The notes below the pieces were generated by a model. It saw only the letters and a list, made by a program, of their open reading frames with translations. It searched no databases and was not told the DNA's origin. Below, piece after piece: positions 37,520 to 45,585 of a DNA stretch of 64,000 bases; the stretch's first letter is position 1; every line of letters starts with the position of its first letter. A program made the translations under genes and the position numbers. Origin of the DNA: Firmicutes bacterium UBA6811 (lineage in GTDB: Bacteria; Bacillota; SHA-98; UBA4971); NCBI GenBank assembly GCA_002452295.1, contig DKEX01000092.1, positions 37 to 64,036 on the forward strand, given 5' to 3'.

Positions 37520-38530
37520 CTAGAACGAATCCCACTTGCCGCACCGGGAGCCCCACCTGGCGATGACCTCGTGCCCCATCTTTATGTTCACCACCTCGCA
37601 GAGATTGGGGCACCCTTTGCACTCGAAGCTCGAAGCGGCGTAGTCCATGTCGAGGGCCTGGAACCCGCGGAAGCGCGAGGCCCCCCCGCCCCGGCGATCC
37701 ACCTGCTCGGCTGCGAGGAGAGCTGCTCCGATGGCGCCCATCACGTTGTAGTGTTCGGGCACGGCGATGGGGGTGGCGAGCGCCTTCTCGAAGGCGGCGC
37801 GCATCCCGGCGTTGGCGGCAACCCCGCCCTGGAAGACCACTGGCGGCCGGATGTCCTTGCCCTTGCCCACGTTGTTGAGGTAGTTGCGCACCAGCGCCTC
37901 GCAAAGGCCCGCCACGATGTCCTCGATCCTGTGGCCCATCTGCTGCTTGTGGATCATGTCGGACTCCGCGAACACGGCGCACCTGCCCGCTATCCGCACC
38001 GGCGTCGTGGACATGAGCGCAAGCTCCCCGAACCTCTCGATGGGCACGCCCAGCCTTCCGGCCTGCTGGTCGAGGAACGACCCCGTGCCCGCAGCGCACA
38101 CCGTGTTCATGGCAAAGTCGAGCACGGCGCCATCCCGCAGGATGATTATCTTCGAGTCCTGCCCGCCGATCTCGATGACCGTCCGGACATCGGGGACGAC
38201 GCGCGCGGAGGCCACCGCGTGGGCGGTGATCTCGTTCTTCACGCAATCCGCGCCGAGGATCACCCCGGCGAGCCTTCTCCCGCTGCCGGTGGTGCCGACC
38301 CCGGCCATCTCCAGCCCCGAGGCCGCCTGGGCGAGCGTCCTCATGCCCTCCTGGATGACCGCGATGGGATCCCCCCTGGTCCGAAGGTAAAGACTCTCCA
38401 GGACATCGCCCCGCTCATCGAGGACCACCAGGTTGGTGCTGACCGACCCGACGTCCACCCCAAGGTATGCCTTCCTCGCCATCCCCGCCATCCCCGCCAT
38501 CCCTGCCATCTCGACCATCGTGCCCATCAC
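37520..38530 (-). CDS. BadF/BadG/BcrA/BcrD-type ATPase (acyl-CoA dehydratase activase-like) with C-terminal Cys cluster
   Basis: AYLGVDVGSVSTNLVVLDE, IEIGGQDSKII and NTVCAAGTGSFLDQQA actin-fold motifs. C-terminal FECKGCPNLCEVV...SRCGKW. 4-nt overlap with the upstream gene. Confidence 0.8.
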   Translation of the reverse strand: MMGTMVEMAGMAGMAGMARKAYLGVDVGSVSTNLVVLDERGDVLESLYLRTRGDPIAVIQEGMRTLAQAASGLEMAGVGTTGSGRRLAGVILGADCVKNEITAHAVASARVVPDVRTVIEIGGQDSKIIILRDGAVLDFAMNTVCAAGTGSFLDQQAGRLGVPIERFGELALMSTTPVRIAGRCAVFAESDMIHKQQMGHRIEDIVAGLCEALVRNYLNNVGKGKDIRPPVVFQGGVAANAGMRAAFEKALATPIAVPEHYNVMGAIGAALLAAEQVDRRGGGASRFRGFQALDMDYAASSFECKGCPNLCEVVNIKMGHEVIARWGSRCGKWDSF

Positions 38531-39627
38531 CCCCTCGACGCCCGCCTGCGGCGCGACCTCTCCACCATATCCACGAACGCCTCGAGACGCGTGATGACCC
38601 CGGCATCTGATGAATGCTCATCGAAGACCAGCGTCATCACGGGGATCCCCAGGTCGCGCGAGACCGCGGGAAGCACGTCCTGGGCCACGATCTCCGGCAT
38701 GCACGTGAACGGGGCAAGCTGGATGACCCCGTCGAACCTTTGCCTTGCGTACTCCACGGTGGACCCGACCGTCTCGACGCCGTGCCCGCCCACGAAATGA
38801 CAGAGGTATGGCTTCGCCAATTCATACGGCCTTCTGCCCTTGCGAAGGCGGAGCACATCCTTGAGGAGGTGCTCCCTGACCCAGTCGCCAATGTATATCG
38901 ACCTCTCCACGAGGACCCCCATCTCCCCGAGCCGCCGCTCCACCTCGCAGTTGACGAAGGGCTCGAGCACCACGTACACCTCGCCCACGATGCCTATCCT
39001 CGGAGGATCTGAGTTGCCGCCCCCCGGCTCACGCGCGGCCCGGAGCACCTCCCTGCCCTCTTCGAGCGCTCGCTTCACCCTGGCCGGGCTTCCGGCGTCA
39101 TCCACCAGCTCGAGGGCGGACGCCAGCGCGGCGGTCGCGGCGCCCCTGTGGCCTTCGAACGGGCGCGCGGCCTGGGCCAGCCTCTCGAGCTCGTCCACGG
39201 CCGTCATCTTGGCCCACGCCAGCCTGGCAGCCCTCACGTACCTCCCCACCGGATTGCGCCCCACGAGGCGCCCTACCTGCTGCAGCACGTGGCGAAGCCT
39301 CCCCTGCGGGGGCTCGACAATGATCATTTCAAACTTATAGCCGAGAGCTGTCAGGATCTCCTTCTGCACCTCGCCGTACAGCCCGAAGCGGCATGGCCCG
39401 ACGCCCCCCGCCATCGCGATGGTGTCGGCCCCGAGCTCCATGGCCTCGATGTAGTTGCCGATGTTCACCTTGAGGGGTAGGCACGCGAACTCGGGCGAGT
39501 GGCGCGAGCCTATGGAGAGCGTGCGCTTGCTCGGCATCGGAGGCACCACCACCTCCGCCCCGAGGTCCTCGAGGAGCGCCCTGACGGTTATGTAGAGGTT
39601 GCCCATGTGAGCGAACGTGACCTTCAT
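38527..39627 (-). CDS. Acyl-CoA dehydratase activase-related protein (DUF2229-like), paralog B
   Basis: PEFACLPLKVNIGN and a C-terminal FDEHSSDAGVITRLEAFVDMV. Paralogous to 39624..40655. 4-nt overlaps on both sides. Confidence 0.75.
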   Translation of the reverse strand: MKVTFAHMGNLYITVRALLEDLGAEVVVPPMPSKRTLSIGSRHSPEFACLPLKVNIGNYIEAMELGADTIAMAGGVGPCRFGLYGEVQKEILTALGYKFEMIIVEPPQGRLRHVLQQVGRLVGRNPVGRYVRAARLAWAKMTAVDELERLAQAARPFEGHRGAATAALASALELVDDAGSPARVKRALEEGREVLRAAREPGGGNSDPPRIGIVGEVYVVLEPFVNCEVERRLGEMGVLVERSIYIGDWVREHLLKDVLRLRKGRRPYELAKPYLCHFVGGHGVETVGSTVEYARQRFDGVIQLAPFTCMPEIVAQDVLPAVSRDLGIPVMTLVFDEHSSDAGVITRLEAFVDMVERSRRRRASRG

Positions 39628-40655
39628 GGCTTCCTCCTGCGGGCTATGACGTCGACGAACGCCTCCAGCCTGGTGAGGATGCCTGCTTCCCCCGTGTGCT
39701 CGTCAACGGTGATGGTCGCGAAAGGCACGTCCCTTCGCCTCGCGCACTCGCGCTCCAGCACCTCGCCGATGAGCGACTCTGGCCCGCACGCGAACGCCCT
39801 CATGTGCAGGCAGCCGTGGACAGCCCCTGAGCGGAGGAAGTGGAACCCCGCCCCGAGGAGCCTCCGGCCGAGGGTCCAGAATACTCTCTTGGGAAACCGC
39901 GCGGCCTCGCGCTCGGTCACGGCCGCGGGAAGCATGTCCGAGGTCACGACGGTCACCCCCATCTCGCGCAGCCTGCGCAGAACATTCATGCTCACGAAGG
40001 GATCGTAGATGATGTAAGGGTGTCCCACGAGACCGACCACCACTCGCCCCGCCCCCATGGCAGCGGCCGGGCCGCCGCCGGACGATGACGCCGCAGCCAC
40101 GGTTCCATGAGCGGGCTCATCAAATGAAGGCGCCATGCCCATGACGGCCATGGCTTCGTCCGGGGTGAGGCCGCCCTCGATGTGCCGCGTGTACCTTGCG
40201 AGAGCGGTCCTCGCCCTGTTGTGGGAGGCGAGGATCCTGAGGGCGCTTCCCGTGAACATCCTGCCTGTTGAGTATACGGCGCGCATGTACTCCCTGGTGG
40301 TGCGGCTCAGGTTGATGCACGAGTCGATGATCCTGGGGATGTCCCGGCAGTTGCACCGGATCATGTCAGGCAGGCCCATGAATTTCGGGCAGATGAAGGC
40401 CCGCCTCTCCACCGACACCAGCCTGGGGATGAACACGTAATCGCACTTCCCTGCAAGGGCGAGCACGTGGCCGTGGAAGACCTTGACAGGAAGGCATGCC
40501 TCGTCCACCGTGACCTTTATGCCGGCGTCTACCACAGCCCTGGTGGTAGGGCCGGAGGTCACGACGGTCTGGCCCAGGGACTCGAAGAATACCTTCCACA
40601 TGGGGTAGTAGTGGTAATAAAGAAGGGCACGGGGGATCCCCACGACCTCTCCCAC
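39624..40655 (-). CDS. Acyl-CoA dehydratase activase-related protein (DUF2229-like), paralog A
   Basis: GIPRALLYYHYYPMWKVFFESLG, DEACLPVKVFHGH and a C-terminal VDEHTGEAGILTRLEAFVDVI. Start set at GTG 40655 after AGGTGG. The ORF upstream overlaps the spoVAEa stop. Confidence 0.75.
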   Translation of the reverse strand: MGEVVGIPRALLYYHYYPMWKVFFESLGQTVVTSGPTTRAVVDAGIKVTVDEACLPVKVFHGHVLALAGKCDYVFIPRLVSVERRAFICPKFMGLPDMIRCNCRDIPRIIDSCINLSRTTREYMRAVYSTGRMFTGSALRILASHNRARTALARYTRHIEGGLTPDEAMAVMGMAPSFDEPAHGTVAAASSSGGGPAAAMGAGRVVVGLVGHPYIIYDPFVSMNVLRRLREMGVTVVTSDMLPAAVTEREAARFPKRVFWTLGRRLLGAGFHFLRSGAVHGCLHMRAFACGPESLIGEVLERECARRRDVPFATITVDEHTGEAGILTRLEAFVDVIARRRKP

Positions 40656-40731
40656 GGCGACACACCACCTGCCTTCGTCAACGTTCTCTGATTTGACGGT
40701 TCTCCGGGTTTTCCTCTTCGGGGAGGCCGGG

Positions 40732-41295
40732 CTACATGCCCTGATCGCCGAGGATCTCGCGGATCGCCCTGGTCGTGATGAGCGCGCCCCTCGCCACGGC
40801 ATCCTGATTATCCATCTTGCCGAGGTCGCCCACACCGACGATTTTCGGGATCTTGAGGCGGGAGAGGACCCCGACGGTGTCGCCCTCCAGGCGTTCATGC
40901 CCCGGCTCTTCGGGAGCGCCCGACTTTCTCACCGGCTTCTCCGTTACCTCCCCCTCCTTCGTGACAGACTCGTCCACCGCAACGGACTGGTCGCCCTTCG
41001 TGTCGGAGGCCACCGCAAGCGCGCCGACGATCTCGATGCCCGGGTCCTTCGCGAGGTCCTCGAGGGCCCTCTCGCCCGATCCCTTGCCCTTCTTTCCGTG
41101 GTCGTCGAACATGACTATCACGGGCTCCACCGGCACATGTTTGACCATGCCGGCAAGCTCGGCGCCACCAGCCTGGGTCGGCGTGCCAGCCGAACGCTCG
41201 ATGTAGTGAAGGCCGAGGTTGTGCGCGGCCTGTCTCACCGCCGCCTCCGCCCTGCCGTCCCCATCGGTCACCACGATGACCTTTTTCCTGGCCAA
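40732..41295 (-). CDS. spoVAEA: Stage V sporulation protein AE, soluble part (SpoVAEa-like)
   Basis: KKVIVVTDGDGRAEAAV...SAGTPT...PVIVMFDDHGKKGKGSGERAL...IVGVGDLGKM pattern recalled from B. subtilis SpoVAEa. TTG start. Confidence 0.7.
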   Translation of the reverse strand: MARKKVIVVTDGDGRAEAAVRQAAHNLGLHYIERSAGTPTQAGGAELAGMVKHVPVEPVIVMFDDHGKKGKGSGERALEDLAKDPGIEIVGALAVASDTKGDQSVAVDESVTKEGEVTEKPVRKSGAPEEPGHERLEGDTVGVLSRLKIPKIVGVGDLGKMDNQDAVARGALITTRAIREILGDQGM

Positions 41296-41310
41296 GCCCC
41301 AATCACGTCC

Positions 41311-41661
41311 TCAGGACTTCGGATTGGCAATGAGCGCCACCAGCGTGCCGAAGAACACCGCGACGGCGATGCCCATGCCCGTGTACTCGAACACGCCCGT
41401 GAAGAGGCCGAGAATCCCCATGCGTTTCGCCTCGGCAAGCGCGCCTTTGGCGATGGACGCCCCGAACCCCGACACCGGCGTAAGAGCGCCGGCTCCGGCG
41501 AACTCGAGAAGCGGCTGATAGAGACCGAGCCCCCCGGCGACCGCGCCGGCAACGGTCAGCAGCACCAGCATGTGGCCTGGTGTGAGGTTGGTGAAGTCCA
41601 GGATGAGCTGGCCTACGGCACAGATGGCGCCGCCCACGAGAAACGCGTACAGGTAAATCAC
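41311..41661 (-). CDS. spoVAEB: Stage V sporulation protein AE, membrane part (SpoVAEb; SpoVAC/SpoVAEB family)
   Basis: 116 aa, IYLYAFLVGGAICAVGQLILD...GAGALTPVSGFGASIAKGA. GTG start with GGAGG 7 nt upstream. Confidence 0.85.
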   Translation of the reverse strand: MIYLYAFLVGGAICAVGQLILDFTNLTPGHMLVLLTVAGAVAGGLGLYQPLLEFAGAGALTPVSGFGASIAKGALAEAKRMGILGLFTGVFEYTGMGIAVAVFFGTLVALIANPKS

Positions 41662-41692
41662 AGCCTAGCCTCCACTCTCGTGCCCGCAGTAT

Positions 41693-41807
41693 GTGGAGCG
41701 TCACAAATCGCTGCCATTTCTCCAGAGACTGGGCCACTGTCGGTTGCCGCTGCTCGCGCTCGAGGGACAGCGGCCCGGGCGGGGTGCCTTGACACAATTC
41801 CGCCCGC
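41693..41807 (-). repeat. Intergenic repeat element, copy B (~115 nt) in the spoVAD-spoVAEb gap
   Basis: Its reverse complement aligns with 23861..23974. Same perfect 19-nt core (plus strand GTCACAAATCGCTGCCATT, 41701..41719) and the same CTCCAC end. Confidence 0.75.
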
Positions 41808-41863
41808 CGTCAGGTCTGCGGCCGCGCCCGTGGCCGCCCCTGCGCATACGATCACGCCCATAC

Positions 41864-42874
41864 TCACGCCTCGATCACCACAGCGTGGGCGACGCCGGGG
41901 ATGGACTCGCCCTGCTGGAAACTCAACGGGCTCATGAGGGCCCCCGTGGCGACGAGGAGCACGTTTCTGTACGTGCCCTTCTCCATCTCCTTCAACACGT
42001 GGCCGAACGTGACCACCGCCGAGCACGCGCAGCCGCTGCCCCCGGCTCCCACATGCTGGACCTTCGTATCGAACAGCATGAGGCCGCAGTCCCGGTAGTT
42101 GTCGTCGAGCTCGACGCCGTTGTCCCTGACCAACTCCTTCAGCATCTCGCTCCCGAACGAGGCCAGGTCCCCGGTGAGGATGAGGTCGTAGTCGTCGGGG
42201 CCCCGGCCGGTGTCGGCGAAGTGGGTGAGCAGCGTGTCCGCTGCGGCCGGGGCCATCGCGCCGCCCATGTCGCTCTGGTCCTTCGCTCCGAGGTCCATGA
42301 CCTTGCCGGTGGTGGCCCACGTCACCTTCGGCCCGGCGCCCGAGGACGCCACGAGCGCCGCGCCCGCCCCGGTCACGGTATACTGCGATGTCGGCTTGCG
42401 CTGGATGTTCAGCTCTACCGGGTAACGATACTGGCGCTCGGCCGTCTGGTAGTGACTCGAGCACGCCACCAGCACGTAATTGGCGAACCCGCCGTCGATG
42501 ACCATCCCCGCGAGCGCAAGGCTCACGGCGCATGTGGAGCAGGCCCCGTAGATGCCGAGGTAGGGTATGGCAAGCTGCCGGGCGGAGTAACTTGCCGAGA
42601 TTATCTGGTTGAGCAGGTCGCCCGCGATGTAGTAGTCCACCATACTCTTCTCGATCTTGGCACGCTCTATGGCGATCCTCGCAGCCTGTTCCAGGATCTT
42701 CGTCTCGCTTCTCTCGGGGGTCCTCTCGCCGTAGGCGTGGTCAGGCAGGACCACGTCGAAATCCGAGGCGAGCGGCCCCTTACCTTCGACTGGTCCCACG
42801 ATAGTCCCCGTGCCCGCGATTATGGGCGGGCTCGTGAACCTGATGGTGCTCTTGCCCACCTTCTTTGCTGCCAC
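41864..42874 (-). CDS. spoVAD: Stage V sporulation protein AD (thiolase-fold)
   Basis: KVGKSTIRFTSPPIIAGTGTIVGPVEGKGPL, GIYGACSTCAVSLA. GTG at 42874 has GGAGG 10 nt upstream, 17 nt after the spoVAC stop. Confidence 0.9.
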   Translation of the reverse strand: MAAKKVGKSTIRFTSPPIIAGTGTIVGPVEGKGPLASDFDVVLPDHAYGERTPERSETKILEQAARIAIERAKIEKSMVDYYIAGDLLNQIISASYSARQLAIPYLGIYGACSTCAVSLALAGMVIDGGFANYVLVACSSHYQTAERQYRYPVELNIQRKPTSQYTVTGAGAALVASSGAGPKVTWATTGKVMDLGAKDQSDMGGAMAPAAADTLLTHFADTGRGPDDYDLILTGDLASFGSEMLKELVRDNGVELDDNYRDCGLMLFDTKVQHVGAGGSGCACSAVVTFGHVLKEMEKGTYRNVLLVATGALMSPLSFQQGESIPGVAHAVVIEA

Positions 42875-42891
42875 TTGCCACCGGCCTCCGA

Positions 42892-43398
42892 TCACGGCGA
42901 AGTCATGAACTTGATGAACGCGACGGCGACCCCGGCAAGGGTGCCGTACACTATCACCGGGCCTGCGATGATGAACATCTTCGCGCCCATGCCCAGCACC
43001 CATCCCTCGCGCTTGAAGTCCATCGCGGCGGCGACAATTGTGTTGGCAAACCCGGTGATGGGCACCGCGGCCCCGGCTCCGGCGAATTCGCCCAGCTCGT
43101 CATAGACGCCGAGCCCCGTCGCGATCACGCCCACAAGGATCATTACCGCGAGCGTGGGCGCCGACGCACCGTTGAGGTCGAGGCCCCGCGACATGAGGAA
43201 GCCCAGCACGAGCTGGCCCAGGGCGGCGATGGCGCCGCCCACAACGAAGGCTACCAGAACGTTGCGCAGATAGCGGGGCTTCGGCTTCCTCTTCTGGACA
43301 AGCTCCTTGTATGCGAGCTGCCGCCTCTTCTCCTCCTGGGCGGCCTGGGTCATGTGGGGTAGCCTGGACACCTGCTTCTTGGCCTGCTGTGATGCCAT
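42892..43398 (-). CDS. spoVAC: Stage V sporulation protein AC
   Basis: RNVLVAFVVGGAIAALGQ...GAGAAVPITGFANTIVAAAMDFKREGWVLG. Confidence 0.9.
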   Translation of the reverse strand: MASQQAKKQVSRLPHMTQAAQEEKRRQLAYKELVQKRKPKPRYLRNVLVAFVVGGAIAALGQLVLGFLMSRGLDLNGASAPTLAVMILVGVIATGLGVYDELGEFAGAGAAVPITGFANTIVAAAMDFKREGWVLGMGAKMFIIAGPVIVYGTLAGVAVAFIKFMTSP

Positions 43399-43425
43399 CC
43401 GTGCATCCCTCCCCCGCCGGGGCCG

Positions 43426-43635
43426 TTACTGCGTTCCGTCAACAGCGAACGCGACGTGCACGTCCGCCTTGTACTTCGTAACCTTGCCGTTGTCCACAGA
43501 CGCCGTCATGTTCGTCACTTCGACGCCCGTGATGTTCCTGATGGTCTGAGACGCAGCCCGGACAGCCTGGTTTACCGCGTCCTCCCAGCTTGTAGACGAC
43601 TCTCCCATGAGCTCGACTATCTTGACCACTGGCAC
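43426..43635 (-). CDS. Dodecin-family protein (first gene of the spoVA transcription unit)
   Basis: ~69 aa. VVKIVELMGESSTSWEDAVNQAVRAASQTIRNITGVEVTNMTASVDNGKVTKYKADVHVAFAVD matches the dodecin beta-alpha-beta-beta pattern from memory. GTG at 43635 follows GAGAAAGGGGG (the ORF begins at TTG 43659). 27 nt upstream of spoVAC. Confidence 0.6.
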   Translation of the reverse strand: MPVVKIVELMGESSTSWEDAVNQAVRAASQTIRNITGVEVTNMTASVDNGKVTKYKADVHVAFAVDGTQ

Positions 43636-43748
43636 GCTCGTCCACCCCCTTTCTCCCAACTAATTATGCGCCGAGCCATGGGCTTTAATTCTCCGGATGC
43701 GGCGGCCGCCGCCGGCTGCCGCCTGGAGCCGCTCCGCCAAGATTCGAA

Positions 43749-43772
43749 GCCCTGCACCATGCGGTGCAGGGC
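43749..43772 (-). terminator. Stem-loop after sigF (spoIIA operon terminator candidate)
   Basis: Perfect 9-bp stem GCCCTGCAC / GTGCAGGGC with a 6-nt loop, followed on the minus strand by TTCGAATCTT. Lies ~55 nt past the sigF stop. Confidence 0.55.
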
Positions 43773-43824
43773 GTCCTCGTGCCGTCTATCTGACTCGCCG
43801 CTTCCTGCGTATGGACCTCGTCTT

Positions 43825-44586
43825 CTAGCCCAGCTCCTGCCGGAGCCGACGGAGGGCTCGTTGCTCGATCTTCGAGACCTGGGGCTGCGATATGCCGAGG
43901 CGCCGGGCGACATCCGTTTGCTTCATCTCGTCGAAAAAGCGCATCTTGAGGACGGCGCGCTCCGAGGGTCTCAGCCGCTCCATGGCCTGCTGAAGGGCGA
44001 TGGATTCGACTCTGTCATCGGCGAACGATCCCTCCGCGGCGAGCTGATCCTCGAGCGGGCCCGGGCTGTCGCCGGAGACAGGCTCCGAGAGGGACGCGAC
44101 CGGCTGGAGGGCCTCCTGGGTCTCCACGACCTCCTCGCGGGAGAGGCCGGTCTCCGACGCCACCTCCTCGACTGTGGGCTCGCGGCCAAGGGCGCTCCGA
44201 AGGCGCGCCCTCGTCGCCTCGACCCTGGACGCCCGCTCGCGCAGCGCCCGCCCCACCTTGACAGAGCCCGCGTCGCGGAGGTGTCGCCTGATCTCCCCCA
44301 TTATCACGGGGACGGCGTACGTGGAGAACCGCGTGCCAAGGGTCACGTCGAACCTGTCCGCTGCGTGCAGGAGGCCGAGACACCCCACCTGGAAGAGGTC
44401 CTCGGGGTCGGCTGTCCTTTCGAGGAAACGGCTGACGATGCTCATGACGAGCCGCAGGTTCCTCGATACGAGCTCCTCGCGGGCATTCGCGTCGCCCGTG
44501 CCAATGCGCTTTGCGAGCTCGCGGACCTCCTCGTCGGACAGCAGGGGCGTATCGGGGAATCGCATGCGTTCAAGCCCCTCGTTCAT
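43825..44586 (-). CDS. sigF: Sporulation sigma factor SigF
   Basis: Sigma-70 regions 2-4 (NLRLVMSIVSRF, DLFQVGCLGLLHAADRFD, FSTYAVPVIMGEIRRHLRD, QTDVARRLGISQPQVSKIE). Sits directly after spoIIAA-spoIIAB. Confidence 0.9.
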   Translation of the reverse strand: MNEGLERMRFPDTPLLSDEEVRELAKRIGTGDANAREELVSRNLRLVMSIVSRFLERTADPEDLFQVGCLGLLHAADRFDVTLGTRFSTYAVPVIMGEIRRHLRDAGSVKVGRALRERASRVEATRARLRSALGREPTVEEVASETGLSREEVVETQEALQPVASLSEPVSGDSPGPLEDQLAAEGSFADDRVESIALQQAMERLRPSERAVLKMRFFDEMKQTDVARRLGISQPQVSKIEQRALRRLRQELG

Positions 44587-45022
44587 GCTCCTCGCTCCCT
44601 GTCATGCGCGGAGCCTTCCTCATGGTGACCTGCACCCCAGCCCCCGGCCTGGACGAGACGTCGAGCTGGTCGGATAGGGCCTCCATTATGGTGAACCCCA
44701 TTCCCATGCGGTCGGGCGATGTGGTGAATGCAGGCTGACGGGCCTGGTCGACGTCGGCGATGCCGCGGCCTGTATCCTCCACGGTGATGGTGAGGACGTC
44801 GCCGTCGATGGCTGTGTGAACGCGCACGACCCCGCCGGGGCTGTCGTATCCGTGGAGCACGACGTTGGAGACGGCCTCGGAGACTATGAGCTTGATGTCG
44901 TCGATCTCCTCCATGGTGAAGGAGTCGATCTGCGACGCGAAGCACGCCACCGCGACCCGGGCGAACTCCACGTTCTGGGCGATGGCTGGGAACTCGATTG
45001 TCACATGGTTTCTCGCGCTCAT
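44570..45022 (-). CDS. spoIIAB: Anti-sigma F factor SpoIIAB (serine kinase)
   Basis: EIDDIKLIVSEAVSNVVLHGY, EDTGRGI and GMGFTIM (GHKL ATPase boxes). ATG at 45022, 4 nt after the spoIIAA stop. Confidence 0.9.
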   Translation of the reverse strand: MSARNHVTIEFPAIAQNVEFARVAVACFASQIDSFTMEEIDDIKLIVSEAVSNVVLHGYDSPGGVVRVHTAIDGDVLTITVEDTGRGIADVDQARQPAFTTSPDRMGMGFTIMEALSDQLDVSSRPGAGVQVTMRKAPRMTGSEEHERGA

Positions 45023-45026
45023 CCGG

Positions 45027-45374
45027 CTACACCCCCGATGCCAGCGCCCAGCCCTCGTCCTCGGTCTCGCGCACCGGGATGATGCTCGCAAGGCCAGAGA
45101 GATCGAAGACCTTGCGCACCTGCGGCGAAGGCGCCACGGCGATGAGTCTGCCCCCGTGGGCGCGCAGCCTCTTGTAGCGGCCGAGGATGACGCCCAGGCC
45201 CGAGCTGTCGATGAACGTGACGTCGCTCAAGACGAGGAAGATAGCGTTGATATCGGGCCTTGCGTCGAGCTCCTCCTCGACGGCCGCGCGGAACTCGGGA
45301 GCGGTGTTGAGGTCGAGCTCTCCCGACAGGCGTACCACGAGAACGTTGCCGATAGGCCTGGTCTCGGTCCTCAT
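45027..45374 (-). CDS. spoIIAA: Anti-sigma F factor antagonist SpoIIAA (STAS)
   Basis: VLVVRLSGELDLNTAPEFR...VTFIDSSGLGVILGRYKRL. ATG at 45374 has AGGAGGG 6 nt upstream. Confidence 0.9.
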   Translation of the reverse strand: MRTETRPIGNVLVVRLSGELDLNTAPEFRAAVEEELDARPDINAIFLVLSDVTFIDSSGLGVILGRYKRLRAHGGRLIAVAPSPQVRKVFDLSGLASIIPVRETEDEGWALASGV

Positions 45375-45460
45375 GCGAAGCCCTCCTGCCATATCATGCC
45401 ATTCGTCCTTCCCGACCTTTTGTATTCTCCGGACTCATCCTGAGTCCTCCCGGCGGCAGC

Positions 45461-45484
45461 AAAAATGCCCCGCCGCCGGGGCAT
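45461..45484 (-). terminator. Intrinsic terminator after dacF
   Basis: Minus-strand ATGCCCCG-GCGG-CGGGGCAT followed by TTTTT, ~100 nt past the dacF stop and upstream of spoIIAA. Confidence 0.7.
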
Positions 45485-45585
45485 CCAGGGTCGTTCTCCA
45501 GCCCTGCTTTGCGTCGCGTCGCGTGGCATTGCGTCGAGCATGAAGCGCCTGCGACAAGGCGCCGGGTGCAGGCCGGCCGGCGCCA

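Noticed and set aside
45393-45460. Sigma-H-type promoter and Spo0A boxes upstream of spoIIAA
   Set aside because: GGAGAATAC-N14-GACGAAT is only a loose fit to RNAGGAWWW-N12-14-RNNGAAT. No TGTCGAA-type 0A box was seen. The evidence is too weak to annotate.
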